Assembly (NCBI RefSeq): GCF_963921235.1
Contig: NC_086097.1
Location: 202,308,001-202,372,000 of the forward strand
Source of the DNA: Mobula hypostoma
Taxonomy: Eukaryota
Direction: 5' to 3'
DNA: 64,000 nt
Made by a program: the position numbers and the translations under genes. Shown here in pieces: positions 1 to 11,140 of this stretch. A model generated the notes under the pieces. The model saw nothing but the letters and a program-made list of their open reading frames with translations, did no database searches and was not told where the DNA came from. Every line of letters starts with the position of its first letter. The first letter of the stretch is position 1.

Positions 1-974
1 TCCGATGGAGATTCAAAAAAACGGAGGGCTCCATCCAACGTACGAATCCTTAGACGTGCTGGGTAAAGCAGCGCTGGTTTTAAATCCGTCTTGTAGAGTT
101 CCGACATCACAGATCTATAACGAACCCGTTGATCCCGAATTGGTTTACTGAAATCCTCCACGAATGGGAAATTAAGATCCGAAAAATCAATGTAACCTTC
201 AGATCGAACGAATCGAAACAGTTTCTCCTTGTCTTGAAAGTAATGAAAACATAAGATGACATGTCGAGGTTTATCTGACTTAGACGAGTATGCTGGAACT
301 CTGTGAACACGATCCAATAACAGTGGTTGGTCAGGAAATACAGTAGGAAATGCATCTTTTAAAAGTTGAGAAAAAAATTTCATAGGGTTGTCAGATTCCA
401 CAGCTTCACGCACACCAATCATTCGAAGATTCTGCCGTCGCATTCTGGATTCTAAGTCAGAGTTTTTAAAGGTCAGAAAGTCAAGTTTTTTCTTCATTAT
501 AGTAATTGTTTCTTCAATTTTCCCCATCTTGAGTTCATTTTGTTGCGTGGATTTTTGAAGATTAGATATAGCCGACTGATGTTCCGTAATAATAATTGTA
601 TTTTATCGATTGAATCGGCAATTTTCTGGAAATTAATTGAAATTTCCGAATGAATCAGTTCCGTAATAGAGGTTGAAATTTCCCTTTGAATTAGATCCGG
701 TATAGCTTTCAAAGTCACCGGTGGTTCAGTCGGAGGAAGATCGGTACCTTTCGGTCTAACTGGAGGTTTGCCGTCTTTCCCATTTTTTCCATTCTTAGAC
801 ATAGCAGACCTTAAAAACATCGGATTATCGAAGAGCCCAATTTGTTTCAAAGTATTGTAAAAGTTGATGCCTTAATGGTTAGTTAAAATATAGCTGATCA
901 TAAGAAAAAAAACTCAGAGGTAATGGAGCGAGTCAAGAACACGACTTCACTCCATGAGCTCTACCGGAAGTCCC
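1..974 (-). mobile_element. L1 LINE copy A: 5' UTR and frameshifted ORF1, running off the left edge of the window
   Basis: Minus strand starts GGGACTTCCGG at 974. ATG at 802 (MSKNGKNGKDGKPP). Downstream frame reads RRQNLRMIG...DRVHRV...KPRHVILCFHYFQDKEKL...EDFS...LLYPARLRI, matching the L1 ORF1p RRM/CTD. Confidence 0.9.
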
Positions 975-1814
975 ACATTATTAAAGAGAAAAAACTCTTT
1001 TATCTGAGTTTCAATAAACTCAACAAAATATGAACTTTGTAACAAATGTTCTGGAAAACGCCAATGTAGTCTTGTAGAAACAACATCCTTCAAATCAAGT
1101 ATTAAATTTAAAGGAGCAGGATCAGAAATAACAATTGCATCATATTCACATTCCTGAACATTAAGTAAAAGTCGAGGGTCGGCTATAAAATAGTCGATTC
1201 TCAAATATTTATTATGAACATGTGAAAAAAAGGAATATTCTCTATCAGTAGGATGCATATATCTCCAGATTTCAATTAAACCATAATCAATTAAAAATGA
1301 ATTTGTAAGTGATGCAGAACGATTAAAGAGTTGATGTCTAGATGATGATTTATCTAATAAGGGATTTAAGCAAGTATTAAAATCTCCACCCGTTAATAAC
1401 ATATATTCATTTAAATCAGGTAATAGAGCGAAAATATCTTTAAAAAATCAAGGATCATCAGCATTTGGTCCATATATATTAACCAAAACTATTTTCTTAT
1501 TGTAAATTGTTCCTTTAACAATCAAAAATCTACCATTAATATCAGATATAATGTCCTCCTGATCAAAGGGAATATTAGAATCAATAAAAATGGAAACACC
1601 CCTAATTTTACTTTGAGAGTTTGCGTGAATCTGAGACTCCTTCCAAAATTTAAAAAAATCGATTGTTATCACATAACCTGACATGTGTCTCTTGTGCAAA
1701 GATTATATCAGGTTGGAATCGATTAATAATTTTAAATGTTTTCTTACGCTTAATAGGATGATTCCAACCACAGACATTCCAACTTAAAACATTTAACTGT
1801 TTAAATAACATCAT
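975..1814 (-). pseudogene. L1 ORF2 APE-type endonuclease domain, frameshifted and truncated
   Basis: Motifs LSWNV, RGVSIFI, GRFLIV, VNIYGPN, GGDFN, YSFFSHVH, RIDYF and ISD across broken frames. Confidence 0.88.
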
Positions 1815-3484
1815 GAAACTTTATATCTAAAGAAGACAATTAAATGCATGTCAGGATAAGGTAATTTTGAATGGCAGTGATAAGCAACAATGATAACAAT
1901 TTGTGTACGCTCCGGAATTCCATAATGGGAATAAAAAATAGAAATAAAAAAAGGAAAAAACCCACCCAACCTACAAAGCTCAGAAATAAGTCAATATTAA
2001 TCGACGCAAGCCCCAAGAAATGTATAGAAGCAATTCTGAACTCCACCTGCCTAAATAAAAGGTACAGATAAAAAAAGGTAATCTGTCTCCCTCTCCCAAG
2101 TATACAACTCATTACAGTCAACATACAACCCATTACAATTAAATTAGAAAAAAAAGTTAACAGACTCGACCTTCAATTTAGAAAGTAGCCTTCATAACAT
2201 TAGGTAAGAAAAAAACACTTGCAAAACAAAGTTTTGAAATATTTGTACAGAAGAGAAAACATCGCCATCTTTAATTTATTACATCTATCTATAAAACGTA
2301 AAAAAAATCCCAAATAGTGAGTTAAAAGTTCTTAACAAAAAATACAAACCGAAAAGAAACAATTAATTCATATATGTCGCAAACAGAAAGAAATTCTAAA
2401 TGGTTTAAAATTTCCGCAGTCTTCCAACAGATCCCCTAAAATATCTTCTAAAGTTAAAACCATCCAAACCAGTCTATTTCAAAGATAAAGGTACTTTTTA
2501 ATACCAAAACTTCCTGTACTTCTTAATTCTTCCAGTCTCATCATTCCGTATATCATGAAACGATCGAATAATTATAAGTCTTTTAAACTTCAGGCTTCAG
2601 ACTCATCCGGGAGAGAATTAATAAAACATAATGCATCGGCTGGATCCTCAAAGATGCGAACCCCAGAGTCTTTAGCAAAAAGCCTTAATTTAGCCAGATA
2701 AAGAAGAAAGGGATGCATCTGTTTTCGAAAGGCCATTCGCATTGCGGTCGCGAATCCAGAACGCTTCTGAACAACTTCACATGGAAAATCTTGAAAGAAA
2801 CAAATCTCACAGCCTTGAAATTTAAACAGTCTTTGTTTTCTTGCCAGTTTAATAACACGGTCTTTGTCTCGAATACGAAGGAAACGCACAATAGCATGTC
2901 TATTTTTACCTTGTCTCGGAATCCCAACCCTATGGGCTATTTCAATGTCGGGCAATTGTGAAAATGCCTCAGGAAATAGAGATTGAAACATTTTAGCGAA
3001 ATAATCCAGTGTGTCAGCAGATTCTGATTTCTCTTTCAATCCAACAATTCAAATTTTATAACGATGAGAACGAGATTCCAAATCAACAATCCGACGTTGT
3101 GCTTTTTTCCAAACGAGAAGAAATATCAGCTGCATTACGAGTTACTTCTTTAAGATCCAAGCTCAAAGAATCAATTTTTTCCTCCAAAGGAAGAAGACTT
3201 CCTTTTAATTGAGTTAATTCAGCGATGATAGAGCTCATTTGAGTCTCTAATCTATTAACCCAGGCTGGCTCTTCAGAAGCTTCGTCAGTTTTTTTAGATT
3301 TACCATTACCAGTATCGGGATTCCTTTAAGTGCTTCTCAAATTAGCCATAGTTATAATCATCACTTTAAAAGATCCGACTGAATGAAGTTTAAGTTTCAA
3401 AGTTCAAGTCGGGAAAGGTTGAAATTAAAGGCAGACAGAAAGACAATGTGTCTTACATGTCCACAGGTGGAAGGCGGAGTCCCC
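975..3484 (-). mobile_element. L1 LINE copy B (different family): 5' UTR, ORF1, spacer and ORF2 endonuclease, interrupted at 975 by copy A
   Basis: 5' end GGGGACTCCGCC near 3484. ORF1 about 3350-2590 (IEIAHRV...RHAIVRFLR...FFQDF...LLYLAKLRL). T-rich spacer about 1815-2589. ORF2 starts at 1814. Confidence 0.9.
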
Positions 3485-4040
3485 ATATTGTTTATAGCCT
3501 GTGCATGAAGGGATGTGCTGATTAACCGCAGATGGAATTAATTTTTGTGCAATCATCAGCAGACCTCCTCATTCTTGATTATATGACAAAAGGAAGGTCA
3601 TGGATAAAGCACATGAAGATGGTTGGGCTTAGGGCAATGTCCTAAAGAACTTCCATTGGGATGTCCGATGGCTGGAATGATTCATCTTCAGCACTACCAG
3701 CAATCATTCTTTACACGAGGTATGCCAGTAATCACCAGAGTGTTTTTGATGCCCAGTGACCTCTTGATGGTAGGAATGGTTGATTGCTATCTTGATGTCG
3801 CAGGCTGTTACTCTCAACTTGTCTCTGGATTCCTCTGCAGTTCATTTCGGACCAAAGTTGTAATGACGTTTGGAGCCAAGTGAATCTCAAAAAAAATAAC
3901 AAGGGGTGAGGACTAGTGGAGGTGAGCTGGTTATTGGTGAGCCATTGCTTCCAGATAGCACTATTAAAGACATTTTCCATCATTTTGCTGATGACTGAGA
4001 ATAGATTGATTAAGTAGTAAATAGCTGGATGGTAAGAATT

Positions 4041-4718
4041 TAAGACCATAAGACATAGGAGCAGAAATAGGCCATTTGGCCCATTGAGTCTTCTCCATTC
4101 AATCATGGCTGATCCTTTTTCTCCCCCTCTTCAGCCCCACTCCCCGGCTTTCTCCCCATAACCTTTGATGCTGTGACCAATCAAGAACCTATCAATCTCC
4201 ACCTTAAATACAGCCAACAACCTGGCTCCCACAAATGCCTGTGGCAGCAAATTCAACTAATTCTACCACCCTCCGGTAAATAAATTTTTCTGCATCTCTG
4301 TTTTAAATGGAAGTCCCTCTGTCCTGAGGATCTGTCCTCTTGCCCAAGACTTCTCCACCATGGGAAACATCCTTCCCACATCTACTTTATCCAGGCCTTT
4401 CAACATTTGAAAGTTTTCAATGAGATCACCCCTCATCCCTCTAAATTCCAGTGAGTACAGGCCCAGAGCCATCAAAAGTTCCTCATATGATAACCCTTTC
4501 ATTCCCGGAATCATCCTTGTGAACCTCTTCTGAACCATCTCCAATGGCAGTACATCTTTTCTTCGATAAGGAGCCCAAAACTGTTCACAATACTAAAGGT
4601 GAGGCGTCCCCAATGCCTTGCACAGCCTCAGCACTTCCCTGCTCTTGTATTCAAGACCTCTTGAAATTAATGCTAACATTGCATTTGCCTTGCTCACCAC
4701 CAACTCTATTTGCAAGTT
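4041..4718 (-). mobile_element. CR1 LINE 3' fragment
   Basis: ORF 4263-4544 reads VQKRFTRMIPG...LYSLEFRGMRGDLIE; CR1-type 3' UTR and short tandem tail at about 4041-4060. Confidence 0.88.
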
Positions 4719-5455
4719 AGACTTTAGTTTCTCCCTCTCAAATTTCAAGTTTTACTCAATCAGATTGGCCATTACAGAGACTAGGAGCAGGAATGGTTAC
4801 TTAGAGTGCCAGGCTTCAGATGTTTCAGGAAGGACAAGGAGGGAGGCGAAAGAGGAGGGGGGGGTATGGCACTGCGGATCAGAGATAGTGTCACGGTTGC
4901 AGAAAAGGAGGAAGTCATGGGGGGATTGTCTACTGAGTCTCTGTGGGTGGAAGTTAGAAACAGGAAGGGGTTAATAACTCTACTGGGTGTTTTTTATAGA
5001 CCACCTAATAGTTACAGGGATATCGAGGAGACAGATAGGGAGACAGATTCTGGAGAAGTGTAATAATAACAGGGTTATTGTGGGGTGAGATTTTAATTTC
5101 CCAAATATTGATTAGCATCTCCCTAGAGCAAGTGCTTTAGATGGGGTGGAATTTGTTAGGTGTGTTCAGGAAGGTTTCCTGACACAACATGAAGATAAGC
5201 CTTCAACAGGAGAGGCTGGACTTGATCTGGTATTGGGAAATGAACCTGGTCAGGTGTCAAGTCTCTCAGTGGGAGAGCATTTTGGAGATAGTGATCATAA
5301 TTCATCTCCTTTACCATAGCATTGGAGAGGGATAGGAACAGACAAGTTAGGGAAGCGCAAACACGAGGATTTCTGCAGATGCTGGAAATTCAAGCAACAC
5401 ACATCAAAGTTGCGGTGAACGCAGCAGGCCAGGCAGCATCTCTAGGAAGAGGTAC

Positions 5456-5491
5456 AGTCGACGTTTCGGGCCGAGACCCTTCATCAGGACT
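5456..5491 (-). ncRNA. Minimal type I hammerhead ribozyme in the Penelope pLTR, core intact
   Basis: Minus strand AGUC-CUGAUGA-A-GGG(UCUCGG)CCC-GAAAC-GUC-GACU: stem I AGUC/GACU, both core boxes, stem II, palindromic ACGU in place of stem III, GUC cleavage triplet. Confidence 0.88.
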
Positions 5492-5793
5492 AACTGAAGG
5501 AAGAGTTAGTAAGAGATTTGAAAGTGGGAGGGGGAGGGGGAGATCCAAAATGATAGGAGAAGACAGGAGGGGGAGGGATGGAGCCAAGAGCTGGACAGTT
5601 GATTGGCAAAAGGGATATGAGAGGATCATGGGACAGGAGGCCCAGGGAGAAGGAAAACGGAGAGGGGGGGAAAAAACCCAGAGGAAGGGGCAAGGGGTAT
5701 AGTGAGAGGGACAGAGGGAGAAAAAGGAGAGAGAGAGAAAGAATGTGTGTATATAAATAAATAACGGATGGGGTACGAGGTGGAGGTGGGGCA

Positions 5794-7627
5794 TTAGCGG
5801 AAGTTTGAGAAGTCAATGTTCATGCCTTCAGGTTGGAGGCTACCCAGACGGAATATAAGGTGTTGGTTCTCCAACCTGAGTGTGGCTTCATCTTTACAGT
5901 AGAGGAGGCCATGGATAGACATATCAGAATGGGAATGGGATGTGGAATTAAAATGTGTGGCCACTGGGAGATCCTGCCTTCTCTGGCAGACAGAGCGTAG
6001 GTGTTCAGAAAAACGATCTCCCAGTCTGCGTCGGGTCTCGCCAATATATAGAAGGCCACATCGGGAGCACCACACGCAGTATATCATCCCAGCTGACTCA
6101 CAGGTGAAGTGTCGCCTCACCTGGAAGGACTGTCTGGGGCCCTGAATGGTGGTAAGGGAGGAAGTGTAAGGGCATGTGTAGCACTTGTTCCGCTCACGAG
6201 GATAAGTGCCAGGAGGGATGGGGAGGACGAACGGACAAGGGAGTCGCTTAGGGGGCGATCCCTGCAGAAAGCGGGGGGGGGGGAGGGAAAGGTGTGCTTA
6301 GTGGTGGGATCCCGTTGGAGGTGGCAGAAGTTACAGAGAATAATATGTTGGACCCGGAGGCTGGTGGGGTGGTAGGTGAGGACCAGGGGAACCCTCTTCC
6401 TAGTGCAGTGGTGGGAGGATGGAGTGAGAGCAGAAGTGCCTGAAGTGAGGGAGATGCGTTTGAGAGCAGAGTTGATGGTGGAGGAAGGGAAGCCCCTTTC
6501 TTTAAAAAAGGAGGACACCTCCCATGTCCTGGAATGAAAAGCCTCATCCAGAGAGCAGATGCGGTGGAGACGGAGGAATTGCGAGAAGGGGATGGCATTT
6601 TTGCAAAAGACAGGGTGAGAAGAGGAATAGTCCAGATAGCTGTGAGAGTCAGTAGGCTTATAGTAGACATCAGTAGATAAGCTGTCTCCAGAGACAGAGA
6701 CAGAAAGATCTAGAAAGGGGAGGGAGGTGTCGGAAATGGACCGGGTAAACTTGAGGGTAGGGTGAAAGTCGGAGGCAAAGTTAATGAAGTCAACGAGCTC
6801 AGCATGCATGCAGGAAGCAGTGCCAATGCAGTCGTCGATGTAGTGAAGAAAAAGTGGGGGACAGATACCAGAATAGGTTTGGAACATAGATTGTTCCACA
6901 AAGCCAATAAAAAGGCAGGCATAGCTAGGACCCATACGGGTGCCCATAGCTACACCTTTAGTTTGGAGGAAGTGGGAGGAGCCAAAGGAGAAATTATTAA
7001 GAGTAAGGACTAATTCCGCGAGATGGAGCAGAGTGGAGGTAGAGGGGAACTGATTAGGTCTGGAATCCAAAGAGAAGTGGAGAGCTTTGAGACCTTCCTG
7101 ATGGGGGATGGAAGTATATAGGGACTGGACATCCATGGTGAAAATAAAGCGGTGGGGGCCATGGAACTTAAGATCATCGAAAAGTTTAAGAGCGTGAGAA
7201 GTGTCACGAACATAGGTAGGAAGGGATTGAACAAGGGGGAATAAAACTGTGTCGAGGTATGCAGAAACGAGTTTGGTGGGGAAGGAGCAAGCTGAGACAA
7301 TCGGTCTGCCAGGACAGGCAGGTTTGTGGATCTTGGGTAGGAAGTAGAAATGGGAAGTGCGAGGTGTGGGAACTATAAGATTGGTAGCAGTGGATGGGAG
7401 ATCCCCGAGCGGATAAAGTCGGTGATGGTGTGGGAGACAATGGCCTGTTGCTCCTTAGTGGGGTCACGATGGAGCGGTAAATAAGAGGAGGTATCCGTGA
7501 GTTGTCGCTGTGCAAGGTAGAGGTCAGTACGCCAGACGACAACAGCAGCCCCCTTATCGGCGGGTTTAATAGTAAGGTTAGGATTAGTGCAGAGGGAGTG
7601 GAGAGCAGAGCGTTCGGAAGGAGTAAG
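5794..7627 (-). pseudogene. Penelope RT plus GIY-YIG endonuclease ORF, frameshifted and 5'-truncated
   Basis: ORF-track entries 6117-7136 (RT) and 5794-6120 (GIY-YIG); frame broken near the poly-G run at about 6273-6283. Confidence 0.92.
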
Positions 7628-7907
7628 ATTTTTATTTCCGTTATTTATTTATATACACACATTCTTTCTCTCTCTCTCTCTCTCTCCTTTTTCTTCCTCT
7701 GTCCCTCTGACTATACCCCTTGCCCATCCTCTGGGTTTTCCGCCCCCTCCCCCTTTTCCCTCTCCCTGGGCCTCCTGTCCCATGATCCTCTCATATCCCT
7801 TTTTCCAATCAACTGTCCAGCTCTTGGCTCCATCCCTTCCCCTCCTGTCTTCTCCTATCATTTTGGATCTCCCGCTTTCAAACCTCTTACTAGCTCTTCC
7901 TTCAGTT

Positions 7908-7943
7908 AGTCCTGACAAAGGGTCTCGGACCGAAACGTCGACT
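7908..7943 (+). ncRNA. Hammerhead ribozyme copy in the inverted pLTR, core mutated
   Basis: AGTC-CTGACAA-AGGGTCTCGGACC-GAAAC-GTC-GACT; the CUGANGA box reads CUGACAA. Confidence 0.75.
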
Positions 7944-10149
7944 GTACCTCTTCCTAGAGATGCAGTTAGGGAAGCATTTAATTGGAGTAAGGGGAAATAG
8001 GAAGCTATCAGGCAGGAACTTGGAAGCATAAATTGGGAACAGATGTTCTCAGGGAAATATATGGCAGAAATGTGGCAAATGTTCAGGGGATGTTTGTGTG
8101 GCGTTCTGCATAGGTACGTTCGAATGAGACAGGGAAAGGATGGCAGGATACAGGAACTGTGGTGTACAAAGACTGTCGAAAATCTAGTCAAGAAGAAAAC
8201 TAGAGCTTACAAAAGGTTTTAAAACCTAGGCAATGATAGAGATCTAGGCTAGCAGGAAGGAGCTGAAGAAAGAAATTAGGAGAACCAGAAGAGGCCTTGA
8301 GAAGGCCTTGGCAAGCAGAGTTAAGGAAAACTCCAAGGCATTCTATGGGTATGTGAAGAGCAAGAGGATAAGATGTGAGAGAATAGGACCAATCAGATGT
8401 GACAGTGGAAAAGTGTGTATGGAACCGGAGGGGGTAGCAGATGTACTTAATTAATACTTTGCTTCAGTATTCACTACGGAAAAAGATCTTGGCAATTGTA
8501 GGGATGATTTACAGTGGATTGAAAAGCTTAAGCATATAGACAGTAAGAAAGAGGATGTGCTGGAGCTTTGTGAAAGCATCTAATTGGATAAGTCTCTGGG
8601 ACCAGACAAGATGTACCCCAGCTACTGTGGGAGGCGAGGGAGGAGATTGCTGAGCCTCTGGCAATGATCTTTACTTCATCAATGGGGATGGGAGAGATTC
8701 CGGAGGATTAGAAGGTTGCAGATGTTGTTCCTTTATTCAAGAAAGGGAGTAGAAATAGCCTAGGAAATTATAGACCAATGAGTCTTGCTTCAGTGGTTGG
8801 TAAGTTGACAGAAAAGATCCTGAGAAAGAGGATTTATGAATGTTTAGATAGGCATAACATGATTAAGAATGGTCAGAATGGCTTTCTCAAAGGCAGGTCG
8901 TTGCTTAAGAACCTGATTGAAGTTTTTGAGGATGTGACTAAACACATTGATGAAGGTAGAGCAGTAGATGTAGTGTATATGGATTTCAGCAAGGCATTTG
9001 ATAAGGTACCCCATGCAAGGCTTACTGAGAAAGTAAGGAGGCATGGGATCTAAGGGGATCTTGCTTTGTGGATCCAGAATTAGATTGCTCACAGAAGGCA
9101 AAGAGTGGTTGTAGACAGGTCATATTCTGCATGGAGGTCGGTAACCAGTGGTGTGCCTCAGAGATCTGTTCTGGGATCTCTTCTCTTCATGATTTTTATA
9201 AATAACCTGGATGAGGAAGTGGAGGGATGGGTTAGTAAATTTTCTGATGACACAAAGGTTGGGGGCATGGTGGATAGTGTGGAGGGCTGTCAGAATTTAC
9301 AGCGGGACATGATAGGATGCAAAACTGTGCTGAGAAGTGGCAGATGGAGTTCAACCCAGTTAAGTGTGAGGTGGTTCGTTTTGGTAGGTCAAATATGATG
9401 GTAGAATATAGTATTAATGGTAAGACTGTTGGCAGTGTGGTGGATCAGAGGGATCTTGGGGACCGAGTCCACGTGACACTCAAAACTGCTGTGCAAGTTG
9501 ACTCTGTGATTGAGAAGGCATACGGTGTATTGGCCTTCATCAACCATGGGTTTGAGTTTAAGAGCTGAGAGGTAAAGTTACAGCTATATAGGACCCTGGT
9601 CAGACCCCACTTGGAGTACTGTGCTCAGTTCTGGTCACCTCACTACAAGAAGGATGTGGAAACTATAGAAAGGGTGAAGAGGAGATTTACAAAGCTGTTG
9701 CCTGGATGCATGTTGGCGCATGTCTTATGAGAATAGGTTGAGTGAAGTTGGCCTTTTCTCCTTGGAACGTCGGAGGATAAGAGGTGAGCTGATAGAGGTG
9801 TATAGGATGATGAGAGGCATTGATTATGTGGATAGTCGGAGGCTTTTTCCCAGGGCTGAAATGGCTAACATGAGAGGGCACAGTTTTCAGGTGCTTGGAA
9901 GCAGGTACAGAGGAGATGTCAGGGGTAAGTTTTTTATGAAGAGAGTGGTGAGTGTGTGGAATGGGCTGCCAGCAACGATGGTGGAAGTGGATACAATAGG
10001 GTCTTTTAAGAGACTACTGGATAGATACATGGATATTAGAAAAATCGAGGGCTATGGGTAACTTCTAGTAATTTTTAAGTAAGTACATGTTCGGCACAGC
10101 ATTGTGGGCTGAAAGCCCTGCATTGTGCTGTAGGTTTTCTGTATTTTGA

Positions 10150-11140
10150 TCACTGTCTCCTCAGTGTTCCTTTACCTTAAGCTCACTAATTGCATCCGGT
10201 TCATTACAGAACACCCAATCCCAGTACAGCTGATCACCTAATGGGCTCAACAACAAAATGCACTAAAAAGCCACCTTGTAGGCATTCAACAAGTTTACTC
10301 TCTTGGGATCTATTACCAACCTGATTTTCCCAATCTATCTGCATGTTTAAATCTCCCATGACTATCATAACATTGCCCTTTTGACATGCCTTTTCTATTT
10401 CCAGAAGTAATCTGCAGTCTAAATCCCAGCTACTATTTGGAGGCCTGTATATAACTGCCATCAGGGTCCTTTTACCCTTGCAGTTTCTTAACTCAACCCA
10501 CAAGGATTCCAATCTTTTGACACACCTTTCTAATGACTTGATGCCATTATTTACCAGTAGAGCCACGCCACTCCCTCTGCATACCTTCCTATCCCTCTGA
10601 TACAATGTGTAACCTTGGATATTCAGCTCCCAACTACAACCATCCTTCAGCCACGATTCAATGATGGTCACAACATCAACCCGACAATCTATAATAGTGC
10701 AACAAGATCGTCCATCTTATTTCTTATATTCTTTGCATTAAGACATAGTACTTTGAGTTCTGCATTTGCTACCCTTTTTGATTCTACATCCCTAATGCAC
10801 TGAATTTACCCTTCTGGCTGTAATTTTATCCTATCATCTGTCAGCCCTTCCTGACAGTCTGACTGTATGCTATGTTTTACTTTGTTACCAGCTATCCTAT
10901 CCTGAGTCCCTTCACTCCAGTTCCCATACCCCTGCCAAATTAGTTTAAGTGCTCCCCAACAGCTCTAAAAAACCTGCCCGCTGGAATATTGTTCTGCCTC
11001 GGGGTTCAGGTGCAACCTGAACCTTTTGTACAGGTCATACCTATCCCACAAGAGATCCCAATGAACCAAGAACCTGAAGCTCTGCCCCCTGCACCAGGTT
11101 CTCAGCCATGGATTTATCTGCCATGCGATTTCTCTGCATC
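10150..11140 (-). mobile_element. CR1 fragment (end of ORF1 esterase and start of ORF2 endonuclease)
   Basis: IIESWL...GSGVALLV...AVIYRPP...VMGDLN (10234-10671) and WCRGQSFRFLVHWDLLWDRYDLYKRFRLHLN (10965-11165). Confidence 0.85.

Larger units (their letters stand above)
5357..7963 (-). mobile_element. Penelope-like element: 3' pseudo-LTR, GIY-YIG endonuclease and RT, 5'-truncated with an inverted pLTR segment; 12-bp TSD
   Basis: RT motifs MDVQSLYTSIP, GVAMGTRMGPSYA, YIDDC, LPFLD and YYKPTD. GIY-YIG motif IYCVWCSRCGLLYIGETRRRLGDRFSEH. TSD AGTTAGGGAAGC at 5345-5356 and 7964-7975. About 7628-7963 is the reverse complement of about 5436-5770. Confidence 0.95.
4765..10147 (+). mobile_element. 5'-truncated CR1 LINE (decayed EN and RT, 3' UTR), split by a Penelope insertion at 5357-7963
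   Basis: AITET, LGVFYRPP, YRPMSLASVVGK, YMDFSKAFDKVPH, GVPQRSVLG, KFSDDTK and LFSLERRRIRG motifs. The CR1 sequence resumes at 7964 with the duplicated target AGTTAGGGAAGC. Confidence 0.92.

Noticed and set aside
3560..4020. ORFs 3623-3883 and 3732-4106
   Set aside because: They overlap very old LINE-like debris and a CR1 tail; no recognisable protein.
5322..5816. ORFs in the Penelope pLTR region (also 7502-8191 and 38816-39052)
   Set aside because: Low-complexity translations of purine/pyrimidine-biased pLTR sequence.
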